A stretch of 64,000 bases of DNA. It comes from Eubacteriales bacterium (GTDB lineage Bacteria > Bacillota > Clostridia > Oscillospirales > CAG-272). Position 1 is the stretch's first letter; each line of letters begins with the position of its first letter. The DNA lies in NCBI GenBank assembly GCA_045586785.1, contig JAZNBA010000072.1, positions 59,197 to 123,196 of the forward strand. The letters run 5' to 3'. Under the pieces are notes generated by a model that had not been told where the DNA came from, made no database searches, and was given only the letters and a program-made list of their open reading frames with translations. The translations under genes were made by a program, and so were the position numbers. Below are positions 35,789 to 47,000 of this stretch, in pieces.

Positions 35789-37759
35789 ATGTGTAAGTAT
35801 GAAGTGCCCAGTTCAGAATTAATGCGGAATATCAATTCGATGATTAAACCCTACGGAGTGAAGTATTTTGTCTCTGAAGAAAAATTCAATAATAACGAAA
35901 GCTGCTTTCCAACATTTGCTCGGAAGCCTGCTTCTGATGAGGACATTGCTAAATATGTGACCCATTACGGTTTGAGTCGCTATACAAAAGCCAACCAAAA
36001 AGCATTATTGGAATATTTTTGGGACGATTATCGTACTTTTTTCGGACGAGAACACGACAGAATAATTTGCACCAACTCTTTCCGTCGCTTGCAATATAAA
36101 ACGCAAGTTATGGTTAACTCTGCATCCGACGAGCAAAGAACAAGACTGTTGCATTCCTCGGAGGTTCAGAGAATCGCTAAAAAGATAGCCATTGGTGTTG
36201 GAGCCAATGCGGAATTGTCAGAAAATATAGCAATTGCTCACGATATTGGTCATGCTCCTTTTGGTCATAGTGGCGAGGAAGCAATTAGTGACTACATACT
36301 CGATATGTTCGAAAAAATCCCATCGCATTCAATTAAGAGTGGAACCACTTGTTTCTTACATGCAATGCAAAGCACCAAAGTGTTAGATTATATTGCTACC
36401 CATCCTACACTTCAGGAGAATGGTATAAATGGCTTGGGACTTTCAGATTATGTTTTAGAAGGAGTTTTGAAGCATGATTCTGATGTGTTTGCGGAGGAAA
36501 TCATAGCTGCACCCTTAAAAAAGCAGTACGATCCGGAAAGGCTGTGCGGTATTGTAGGCATCGGATCATACGAGGAAGTTAAGCGTAAGTTGCAGACATA
36601 CAATATAAAAAATAATGTCTTCATAGATACATATCCCCAAACATTTATCGGTAGCATTGAATCTCAAATTGTTGCTTGGGCTGATAAGATTGCATACCTT
36701 GGACACGATTGGGAAGAATTTTTGGATAATAAACTTCTTGAAAAATTAATGTCGAGAATCAATGATATGATTCACAAGATGTTTGAAGTTTCTTCGAAAA
36801 TTGCAGACACAAACGAAAAATTCTACATTGATACTATTTGTTTCAGACTTAAAGAGATTGAAGCCATATATTCAACTCTTGATGATACTGAAAAGGCAAA
36901 TAAAACTTTTGGTTGGAAAAAGGTTTATCAAGAATTATTGCGCATCATCGAGATTATTGAAAAAATTGAATCCGAGAACAAATTCGACCATTTCTCATCA
37001 AAAGAATATAGAGCTTTGAAAGACTATTTTGTTATGGTAATTAGTTGGACAAAGTTGCTGGACAAATATCCCTCCCCCCAAGCACTTAAATATGATCCCA
37101 TTTATATTTTCTATTTGTATTTGTCTGAGGTCAGAACAACAAATATAACAAAAAATGTTACAGAGAAAATTATCTCTGGATCCAACAGTATCCTTTCATC
37201 ACACAATTTCAACACAAGAGAAGAGTATTTATTGCACTGTAATCAAAAATGGGTTGAAGTTTTTAATAAAATCTTGTCTAACACAAGTCTTGATGAAAAA
37301 TCCAAGAAAAAGCAATTGAAAGACAGTATTCGCACTTGTTTTTTAGTTCAATTTGGTTCAGAGCAAACAAAAAACAACATCGTTAACATTGATTATAATC
37401 CTGATGTAATAAAGAAATCCAATACAGGATATTATTCTTTCGATGATACATACTGTTGCTTATTAAACATCATAGGTTGCATTTTTAGTCAATATATTAA
37501 AAGTACCCGTGTTAATTTTATGACTCAGAAGGCGAAAAGAATTGTTGCGGGATTGATGGAATATTACGTTAACCATCCCGAAATGCTCCCGTATTCTCAA
37601 CGAAGAAAGAATAACTTAAGCGATACCGATGAAGAACTTATTTATTTTATTGCAGATTATGTTGGTGGTATGACCGATCGTATGGCTAAGAAAAAATATG
37701 ATGAAATTATGTCATCGGATACCAAGTGGAGTAATGAATACAGTAGCGGCTTGAATTAA
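35789..37759 (+). CDS. dGTPase-like HD-domain (dNTP triphosphohydrolase family) protein with long C-terminal extension
   Basis: 656 aa. REHDRIICTNSFRRLQYKTQV, RTRLLHSSEVQRIAKKIA and AHDIGHAPFGHSGEE blocks. About 28 % GC on a sampled line. Confidence 0.8.
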   Translation: MCKYEVPSSELMRNINSMIKPYGVKYFVSEEKFNNNESCFPTFARKPASDEDIAKYVTHYGLSRYTKANQKALLEYFWDDYRTFFGREHDRIICTNSFRRLQYKTQVMVNSASDEQRTRLLHSSEVQRIAKKIAIGVGANAELSENIAIAHDIGHAPFGHSGEEAISDYILDMFEKIPSHSIKSGTTCFLHAMQSTKVLDYIATHPTLQENGINGLGLSDYVLEGVLKHDSDVFAEEIIAAPLKKQYDPERLCGIVGIGSYEEVKRKLQTYNIKNNVFIDTYPQTFIGSIESQIVAWADKIAYLGHDWEEFLDNKLLEKLMSRINDMIHKMFEVSSKIADTNEKFYIDTICFRLKEIEAIYSTLDDTEKANKTFGWKKVYQELLRIIEIIEKIESENKFDHFSSKEYRALKDYFVMVISWTKLLDKYPSPQALKYDPIYIFYLYLSEVRTTNITKNVTEKIISGSNSILSSHNFNTREEYLLHCNQKWVEVFNKILSNTSLDEKSKKKQLKDSIRTCFLVQFGSEQTKNNIVNIDYNPDVIKKSNTGYYSFDDTYCCLLNIIGCIFSQYIKSTRVNFMTQKAKRIVAGLMEYYVNHPEMLPYSQRRKNNLSDTDEELIYFIADYVGGMTDRMAKKKYDEIMSSDTKWSNEYSSGLN

Positions 37760-37780
37760 TCGCTATTTCAAGAATATTAT

Positions 37781-39388
37781 ATGAGAAATAAACCTTTCCC
37801 ACACTACAAGCACCCCATTTACGAAACCTTTGAACAGCTTCTCACTATTGTCAAATCAAAACACGGCGACAAGGTACTGTTCCGCACCCGACGTCACAAG
37901 AGCGAGGTAACTGTTACATACAATCAGTTTTACGATGATGTGCAAAAGCTCGCATCGCATTTCAGCAAGACCTACGGCGCGCACAACAAGATTGCCGTGA
38001 TCGGTGAAAACAGCTACGAATGGATTTTGACCTATTTCGCTGTCGTTTGCAGCAACAACATCATCGTTCCCATCGATAAGGAACTCTCCGCTCCCGACAT
38101 TGCCGAGCTACTGAAGGAGTGCGAGTATCGCACCTTGATCTATTCCAAAGACTACGATGACATTGCCGACGATATTGGTGGCATCATCCCCGATTTTGAA
38201 GCAATCGCCATGCCCAAACTGCGTAGGTTTATCGAAGCAGTTGAGGCAGCAGAGTGGATCGAAACCGACAAAAATGCGCTTGCATCGATCATTTACACTT
38301 CCGGCACGACAGGAAAGAGCAAGGGTGTTATGCTCTCGCAGAAGAATATTTGCGAGGACACCCGTGCGGCGTGCGGTTTCATCGAGCTGTACGGCAGAAG
38401 CCTTGCACTCTTGCCGTTCCATCACACGTTTGCGTTTACGGTCAGCGGTCTTGCCAATATCTATTACGGCGTTGATACCCTCATCGTTCCTTCTCTCAAA
38501 AACGTGATGGAGCTGATCAACGATTTCAAGCCGACCTACCTTGCCGTTGTTCCCATGATCGTCGAAAAGGTGGACAAGGGTATCCTTCAAAAGATTGAAA
38601 AGAGCGGCAAGAAGAAACTGCTCGGCGTGCTTGATAAGGTCTGCAAGCCTTTCGATGCGCTCGGTATCGGTCTGCGAAACAAGTGCTTTTCCGCCATCAG
38701 GGGCGGTCTCGGCGGCGAGCTTGACTTCATCATTTCGGGCGGCGCGCCCATCGATCAGCAGATCATTGACCGCTTTGATTCCTATGGCATCAGAATTATG
38801 AATGGCTATGGCATTTCCGAATGCTCACCCGTTGTCAGCGTCAACCGCCGTTATCACTACCGCGCGGGTAGTATCGGTCAGGCTCTCCCCGAGGTCAAGG
38901 TCATGATCGATAATCCCGACGAGAATGACGAGGGAGAGATCTGTGTGCAGGGCGATATCGTCATGCTCGGCTACTACAATATGCCCGAAGAGACCGAAAA
39001 GGCAATCGTTGACGGCTGGTTCCACACGGGCGACCTCGGCAAGCTCGACAAGGACGGCTTCATCTACATCACGGGGCGCATTAAGAATCTGATCATCTTG
39101 TCTAACGGTAAAAACGTTTCGCCCGAAGAGCTTGAAACGCTGATCGGTCGCATCCCCGGCGTTGTCGAATGCCTCGTCTCCGAGGAAGATAATAAGCTCG
39201 TTGCCGAGATCTATCCCAATGAAGAATTCCGCGCAACGCAGAATGACATTCAAGCATATTTCGACGAGCAGATCGGCCAGCTCAACGATACACTCCCGCC
39301 CTATAAGGCGATTGCAAAGGTCGCTATCCGTGACACCGAATTTGTAAAAACTACCACCAAGAAAATTAAGAGAACATACAAAAAGTGA
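37781..39388 (+). CDS. acyl-AMP/CoA ligase (fatty-acid activating adenylate-forming enzyme)
   Basis: 535 aa. IIYTSGTTGKSKGV, GYGISE, HTGDLG, ITGRIKNLIILSNGKNVSPEELE. Confidence 0.85.
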   Translation: MRNKPFPHYKHPIYETFEQLLTIVKSKHGDKVLFRTRRHKSEVTVTYNQFYDDVQKLASHFSKTYGAHNKIAVIGENSYEWILTYFAVVCSNNIIVPIDKELSAPDIAELLKECEYRTLIYSKDYDDIADDIGGIIPDFEAIAMPKLRRFIEAVEAAEWIETDKNALASIIYTSGTTGKSKGVMLSQKNICEDTRAACGFIELYGRSLALLPFHHTFAFTVSGLANIYYGVDTLIVPSLKNVMELINDFKPTYLAVVPMIVEKVDKGILQKIEKSGKKKLLGVLDKVCKPFDALGIGLRNKCFSAIRGGLGGELDFIISGGAPIDQQIIDRFDSYGIRIMNGYGISECSPVVSVNRRYHYRAGSIGQALPEVKVMIDNPDENDEGEICVQGDIVMLGYYNMPEETEKAIVDGWFHTGDLGKLDKDGFIYITGRIKNLIILSNGKNVSPEELETLIGRIPGVVECLVSEEDNKLVAEIYPNEEFRATQNDIQAYFDEQIGQLNDTLPPYKAIAKVAIRDTEFVKTTTKKIKRTYKK

Positions 39389-39398
39389 GGACAAAACC

Positions 39399-39626
39399 AT
39401 GTTAGATAAAGTAATTTCCATCATCAGCGAATATCAGGACATCCCTGCAGACACCATTCACGCCGATAGCCACCTCGTCAATGACCTCGGCTTCACCTCC
39501 TACGACGTGGTCAGCCTCGTCGGAAAATTTGAGGACGAGTTTGACATCGAAGTCCCCGACAGAAAGATCAAGCTCATGAAAACCGTGGACGATATCGTAA
39601 AATTCATCGAGGCAGCAATAGAATAA
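39399..39626 (+). CDS. acyl carrier protein
   Basis: 75 aa. LVNDLGFTSYDVVSL phosphopantetheine-site block. Confidence 0.85.
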   Translation: MLDKVISIISEYQDIPADTIHADSHLVNDLGFTSYDVVSLVGKFEDEFDIEVPDRKIKLMKTVDDIVKFIEAAIE

Positions 39627-39698
39627 TTATTGGTTCTATAAACACTAACCATACAAACACACATAACATTCATATAAAAAGAAATAGGAGAATGAACA

Positions 39699-40244
39699 AT
39701 GAGTCAGTACATCAAAATCCCCAGAGGACGTATCCCTAATCGCATTAATGATGAAATATTTAGAAAAATTGTATGTATGATTGGAAAAACTGAAAAAAGC
39801 AATTTTGTTACAGCAAAATTGTCAGACTATGCTCGTGGCAAAATTTATTTACGAAACAAGTATGGAATATGTGGATGCACATTGAAGAAAATGCATACAA
39901 TAAAAGTAACTACACACGGATTTGAAAATTTTGGCGATAACTATTCGAATTATGTGTCCCTTCATGAGGGAAAAGCAAAAATAATTTTTATGGTCATCAA
40001 AGACTATATAAAGAAAGACCCTAATAGAATAGCAGAATTACGTCATATATGTGAGGAGTTTTATACTACAAATCCTAATATTACTCCTACATACGCAAAT
40101 TCGTTGTTAAATGAAACGTTCAATTGGATTTTCGATTGTGGGTTGGAAACAGCACCTTTTTGTCAATTTAACAAACGGGACAATGCATGGGATATAGCGA
40201 ATGATATAAAATGTTCCATAGAAGAAATTGACGAAAACTTCTGA
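39699..40244 (+). CDS. hypothetical protein
   Basis: 181 aa with RBS AGGAG. About 30-32 % GC. No motif recognised. Confidence 0.5.
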   Translation: MSQYIKIPRGRIPNRINDEIFRKIVCMIGKTEKSNFVTAKLSDYARGKIYLRNKYGICGCTLKKMHTIKVTTHGFENFGDNYSNYVSLHEGKAKIIFMVIKDYIKKDPNRIAELRHICEEFYTTNPNITPTYANSLLNETFNWIFDCGLETAPFCQFNKRDNAWDIANDIKCSIEEIDENF

Positions 40245-40258
40245 AGGGAGGATATTAT

Positions 40259-40969
40259 ATGCGTCATACTGTGAATGAGTGGCAAGATTTAAGCCTGAAA
40301 AAAGATGTTGAAAATGTGGCAAGAGAAATCAAGAGAAAAGGCAAAAGAGAGAGTATTTTAACACTCGATTTGTTACTTGCCATATTAGCTATTATGTTTG
40401 ATCATTTATTCTCGGAAAATGAGTGCGAAAGGATAATAGTTTTAAGTGTAATTGCTGGATTGGCGGTAATAATTACTGCTATATATTTTTTACTAAAATT
40501 TTTGGATTGGCGTAAAGCGAGAAGAAAAATAAAAAGCGGGATCATAAAAATAAAGCCTTATGTTGATTTGTTTGATAATAATATTTGTTATTATGCCATG
40601 ACAGCAAATACGTTTAGAGAAAATTTCCAAAACGAATCTCATGATTCGTCAATAAAGAACTTCTACTTTATTGAATCGAATTACTATGTGAATAAGTGCA
40701 TAACTGAACTAAATAATATGAAAAATCTCATAGGAGAAATCTTCACAAATGATGAAAATGAAGCTGTTTCAAAAGCGAAAATTCACACTTCAAGATTAGA
40801 GAATATTATTTTGCTTTTATGTGACGCAAGAGTTAATCCAACCTCTGTATCTTCCTCAATAGAAGATACTATACGAATCTCAAAAATATATGATGCACGG
40901 ATGATAAAATTTGTTGAAACTTATAATAAGCAATTTGAAAAAACTATAGAATGGACTTCTTTTCAATAA
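40259..40969 (+). CDS. hypothetical membrane protein
   Basis: 236 aa with RBS GGGAGG. Two predicted TM helices (aa ~33-85), then a soluble domain. About 30 % GC. Confidence 0.5.
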   Translation: MRHTVNEWQDLSLKKDVENVAREIKRKGKRESILTLDLLLAILAIMFDHLFSENECERIIVLSVIAGLAVIITAIYFLLKFLDWRKARRKIKSGIIKIKPYVDLFDNNICYYAMTANTFRENFQNESHDSSIKNFYFIESNYYVNKCITELNNMKNLIGEIFTNDENEAVSKAKIHTSRLENIILLLCDARVNPTSVSSSIEDTIRISKIYDARMIKFVETYNKQFEKTIEWTSFQ

Positions 40970-41041
40970 ACGCTTTCACGTTGAATGTAGTGAAATCAAT
41001 TGAATTTCTACGAGGATTAATCAAAAAATAGATAGGTAAAT

Positions 41042-44000
41042 ATGAAAACATACGCTTTATCCAATGCACAATTAAATATATTAGATACAGAGCTATTTTA
41101 TCGAGGCTCTGCTATCAATATCGTAGGAGGAGTCTGCCTACTTAACGAGCCAATTGAGGAAGAACAGTTGTCATCGGCATTGAACAAACTAATTGCCAAC
41201 AACGATTGGCTCCGCACCAGAATTAGAGGTAACAGATCTTCACTGTATCGTTATGTTTCTGAATATACTGATGCATCTTTTGCAACTTTGGATTTTACCA
41301 ATGTTTCGGAAGCTGAAATGTGGTCTGCATTGGAGGAAGCAAACAAGGCTCCTTTTGATATTTGGGATTCACAACTCTACGATGTAAAATTGGTACGTAC
41401 TCCGAACAATAAAATCGGATATTGGTTCAGAGCGCACCATATTGTTTGTGATGCCGCCAATATGTATCGTATCGTTGCCGAGGTATCGAGCCTTATTTTT
41501 GGCAATGACAATCCGTTGCCGAGTAATGCACGGGTTCGGGATATTACTGCCCGTATGAAAGAAAAGGCGCTTACATATTGGCGTGATAATGAGATCACAG
41601 GACTTGAAAGCCATCGTCCTACGGGAACTGTAGTAGCAGACCGAATGACATTCAAACTGTCGGGCGATATCATGAAAAAGCTGAGTGCGTTTGCTGAATC
41701 CAAACAGATCGCGTGTTCAACCATCGTTGAGGGCGCGTATTATTTGGCTTTGTCTGCTTTGTTTGATAAAGACAGATTTTCAGTCGGTCTTATGTATCTG
41801 GATGACAACAGTGCTTGCGTGGACGGACTTGCCGGACCCCGCGCTTCTGTTGTGCCGACAATTTCAAAACTTGATCCCTCTCTTACCTTTGCGGAATACT
41901 GTGAGGAAATTCTGGATCAGCACATGACGGCATATCGCTATTCATGTTTGCCTTACAGAGATATCCTTTCGGCAGTCAAGCATGATAGCGAAAACAAAAA
42001 TTCCTCGTTTTATGATTTCGTATATTCCTGCCACGCACTCGACACCTCTATTTTGGGGGATTGTGAGATCAAATGGCTTTTCAACGGTTGCTCGGAAGTT
42101 CCGCTGAAATTGAGTGTTATGCCCGAAAAGGATACGCTCAATCTAATGATCGATTGTCGTAAAGGTGTTTACATTGGCGGCTTTACAGAAAAGCTCTATC
42201 AATGTATTCTTTCTGCGCTTAACCACATCTTCGACGCTCCCGATGCACATCTTGGTACATTGGTTAATGCCATCCATGCCGATATCCATCAAACCGGGCA
42301 TATAAGCAAAGAACGTGTTTGTATCGCGGCATCTTTTACTGCTGATCCGATTGACGAATACCTGTATTATTGGGCGCACAGAGATAACGTTATTTTGAAT
42401 TTGTCCTTTGCACCGTATAATCAGATTCAGCAAATGCTTCTCGATCCGAACAGCATATTCCGAAACAATAAAAATGGCACTAACATCATTCTAATGCGTT
42501 TTGAGGATGCGATTCGTCATACGGATGATTCTGCTGAAGCGCGTATTGCGGTCATGCAGCATATGCAAAAGGAATTTACAACCGCCCTGTGTAGCTATCC
42601 TACAGATGCTCCTCGATGCCTTGTAGTGTGTTTGCCTTTTGACGGCAATATTGCGGGTGTGTCTGCCGAGATCGTAGCAAATATGAATGAGCAGATCAAA
42701 GCGGTTTGCTCCAAGATTCCCAATATTCATTATGTCGATACCGACGATCTCTGTGAGAGATACGTTGTTCACGATACCCTTGATACCGTTGCCGATGACG
42801 AAGGTCATATCCCTTATACCACCACATTCTTCGCCGCATTGGGCACTCACGTTTGGCGACAGCTTTGCGCAGCAAAACGAGTGAAAAAACATAAGGTTTT
42901 GGTCGTGGATTGCGATAATACCTTATGGCAAGGTGTTTGCGGTGAAATTGGTGCGACCAATGTAACCGTTGATGGCGGTTACGCATGGTTTCAAAAATTT
43001 CTACTTGCGAAGCGCGAAGAAGGATACCTTCTGGCGATTGCAAGTAAGAACAATCCCGAGGACGTTAAGCGTGTATTTGCCGAAAACAAGCAAATGCTCT
43101 TAAAAGAAAGCGATATTTCCGCTTGGCGCGTATCTTGGAATCCGAAAGCTGAAGAGATCAGATCTATTGCCGAAGAGTTAAATCTTGGGCTTAACAGCTT
43201 TGTCTTTTTCGATGACAATCCCGTTGAATGCGATGCGATGATCGAAGAAAATCCCGAGGTTTTGACAGTACGTATGCCCTTGGATTCTACACAGATTGCT
43301 CCGCTTGTCGGCAACATTTGGGCACTTGACAGCGTATATACCACGGACGAAGATCGCAACCGTGCCGATATGTACCGAGCAGAAAAAGAGCGCGAGCAAG
43401 CGAGAACCGAGGAAAAATCTCTGCACGCATATCTTAAAAAGCTGAACATCCAAATGTATATGTATCCCACCACGCCCGATGAAATTGATCGCGTGGCACA
43501 GCTTACACAGCGCACCAATCAGTTTAACATGAACGGTGTGAGATACCTCAAGGAGGATGTTACCGAATGGCTGCAGAGCGATCACTACGGATGCTATAGT
43601 GTATATGTGAAGGACGCATACGGAGATTACGGTCTTGTCGGCGCGCTCGTCCTTTCTTATACTGACGGCAAGTGTAATTTACAGACCTTTGTCCTTAGTT
43701 GCCGCGTACTCGGACGAGAGATCGAAATTGCTATTTTGAATGAAATTGCCAATATTGCAAGATCACGCGGTGCTTTTGCATTCAGCGCCTCAGTCAAGCG
43801 CACACAGAAAAATGAACCCTTTATGCGCTTCTGGCAGGCGTATGTTGAGGACAATGAAAATATTGTATGTGCGAATTTCAATACGCCTTCGCATATTACG
43901 GTTATCCAAGAAAAATATATTAAGCCTACCTCTCAAAAGGCAAATACAACAGCAGCTGTTAAATCTGTTGCTCATACAGGAACTTGCGCGCTGACGACCG

Positions 44001-47000
44001 TGCCGTCGGATATTCAAACGAATGATGCGGAATTAAAAGAATTCATTCCGTTGTGTGCATCCGAAGCAATTGCTCAAGCACTCGGCAAATTCATTCCCGG
44101 ACAAGCTCAGGGCGAGATCGTGGATAAAGTAAAATCGGTGTGGGAGAGTGTGCTCGGACTTACGATTGACCGTGATGATGCAAGCTACTTTGAACTTGGC
44201 GGTGATAGTCTTAAAGCTGTTCATCTCATTTCTATACTGGATAAAGAATTTGGTGCTCGCATTTCAGTGTCGGACATTTATCGCTATGCCACTATTTCGG
44301 ATATGGCAAAGTATATTGCCACTCTGATACCCGAAGAAGCAGCTGAATTTGAACACATCAGCACGACCGAGCCGTATCCACTCTCGTCAGCACAGCAAAG
44401 AATGTTTGTACTTCAATCCATGAATCGTGACTCTGTTCAGTATAACGAATCGCAAGCAATGGAGATGATCGGTCAGGTCAACATTGAGCGGATACAAAAT
44501 GCTGTGTACGAAATCATCAATCGTCACGATATTCTCCGTACTGCTTTTACGCTTGAACAAGGAGTTCCTGTTCAAACGGTGTTGCCTTGTGTCGATATCA
44601 AGGTTGAGACGATTTCTTGCACCGAAGATTCATGGCAAAAAGAGGCTATCGCATTTAGAAAACCTTTTGATTTGTCGAATCCTCCGTTGATGCGCTTCGC
44701 CGTGCTTCATACCACCGATACCAACCGCAACTTTATGCTGTTCGATGCTCACCATATGGTCATTGACGGCACATCCTTTGCGGTATTTGCAGAGGAATTT
44801 GTCCGTTTGTATAACGGCGAAGTGCTTCCCGAAAACAAGTATCAATACATAGATTACGTTAATTGGGAGAATAAACGTAAGGATACGCCCGAATACGAAA
44901 GCGATATGGCATATTGGGTATCGCAGTTTGATCCTATGCCTGCACCGCTTGCGTGGATCGACGATAGCAAACGCGCCAATAGCATCGGTAGAGGAAATAC
45001 CTTGTTCTATGCTACAGATAGTGAACTCAAACAATCGTTGGAGAACTATGCAAGTAAGAATCAGGTAACCCTATTTTCCGTACTGCTCTCTGCGTATGCA
45101 ATGACGATTTCTTCGCTTGCCAATGCAGACGAGTTTGTTGTAGGTGTCCCTGCTTCTAACAGATTACATCATCACACACTCTCGATGATGGGCAATTTCG
45201 TCAACAGTATGCCGATCCGCATTGCCACCACCGCAGAAAGCAAAATCAGTGCTCTGGTGAAATCGGTATTTGACACAACGACCGAAGCACTCAACCACCA
45301 AAGCTGTCCTTATGAGAATATCGTAAAAGCATTGCAATGCGACCGTCAGAACAATCGCAACCCGCTATTCGACGTGATGTTCTCGCTTCAAAACTTTGTT
45401 TCGCCCATCATTGAAACCAAGGATATGAAGCTTGTACAAATGCCTATGCAAGTCGGAACAGCAAAAAATGATATCCGTTTGTTTGCTGCATTGCACGATG
45501 ACCATATATCTTTTGAAATGGAATACGACATAGACCTCTTTGATACTTACTTTATGGAGTCGTTCCGTGAAAAATATTTGTCTGTATTGGAGTTGATGGT
45601 TACAGACGAGGCAATGACAGCCGGCGATATTGCGACTGAATTGCAACACAAACAGAAAGAAGCAGACCGTTTGTTCCTTGAAAAGTATAACGATACGGCA
45701 AGACCCGGTTACTACGATCACCTCGTTCACGACATGATCCGTGAACAGGTAGAGAAAATTCCGGATGCAATTGCACTTATTTGTGGCGGTGAGAAGCTGA
45801 CCTACCGTGAACTTGATGATCGTTCCTCGGCTTTGGCAAACATTCTGCGTCAAAAAGGTGTTCGTGCAAGAGATAAAGTCGGCATTGTATTGCCTCGTTC
45901 TCCCGAGCTGATCGTCGGACTGTTGGCGATCATGAAAGCGGGAGCAGTCTATGTGCCTGCCGATCCGATATATCCTACCGAGCGTATCGATTATATGTTC
46001 GGTAATAGCGAGATCGTTTGTATGATTTCGCAGAACGATATGGAACTGCCGAGCGAATACATTCGTTACGATATTCATGAATTGGAGAAAGAAGAAACTG
46101 TCGAACAGACCATTGAGGACGAGACGCTTACTCCCGATGATCTCATTTATATTCTTTACACCTCCGGATCAACAGGCAAGCCTAAAGGAGTTATGATCAA
46201 GCATGGCGCGGTAAGCAACTTTATTAATTCGCTCCGTGAGTTGATTCCATACGAAGAACAAAGCGCAATTTTGGCGACAACTACGGTTTGCTTTGATATG
46301 TCAATTATTGAATTGTGGAGAACGCTATCGTTTGGAGGAACGATGATTTTTGCAACCGATAACGAACGACATGATATCGACGCTCATCGGGAAATGATAA
46401 AAAAACATGGCATTTCTGAACTGAATATTACTCCCTCGCAAATGTCTGTGTTTTTACTTGATACAAATCCAAGCATTTGGAAGAGTATTCAAACTATTAT
46501 GATTGGTGCAGAACCTGTTCCACCATCGTTAGTTGAAAAAATAAAACATATCATACCGCAAGCTCGAATTTTTGATTTGTATGGCCCTACGGAAACAACT
46601 GTATATTCTTCAATTATGGAGCTGACAAACGAAACAGAGGTCACTATCGGGCATCCAATTGCAAACACAAAACTTTTCGTTGTTGACTCCGAAAAGAAAA
46701 TTCTCCCTATCGGTATGACGGGCGAATTGTGTATCGGTGGTTTAGGCTTGTCTGCGGGATATATGAATCGTCCCGATCTGACCGAGAGACAATTTGTGAC
46801 CCTTGCCGAAAATAATGAATTTGTTTATCGGACGGGAGATCTTGCAACACTTCGCGCCGATGGGAAGATGCTGTGCCATGGTCGAATCGATAACCAAATC
46901 AAAATCCGCGGTTATCGTGTGGAGTTAGAGGAAATCGAGCAAAGTATTATGAAGAGCGGCTTGTGCAGAGAATGTACTGTATTCTTGTTGGATAATGATC

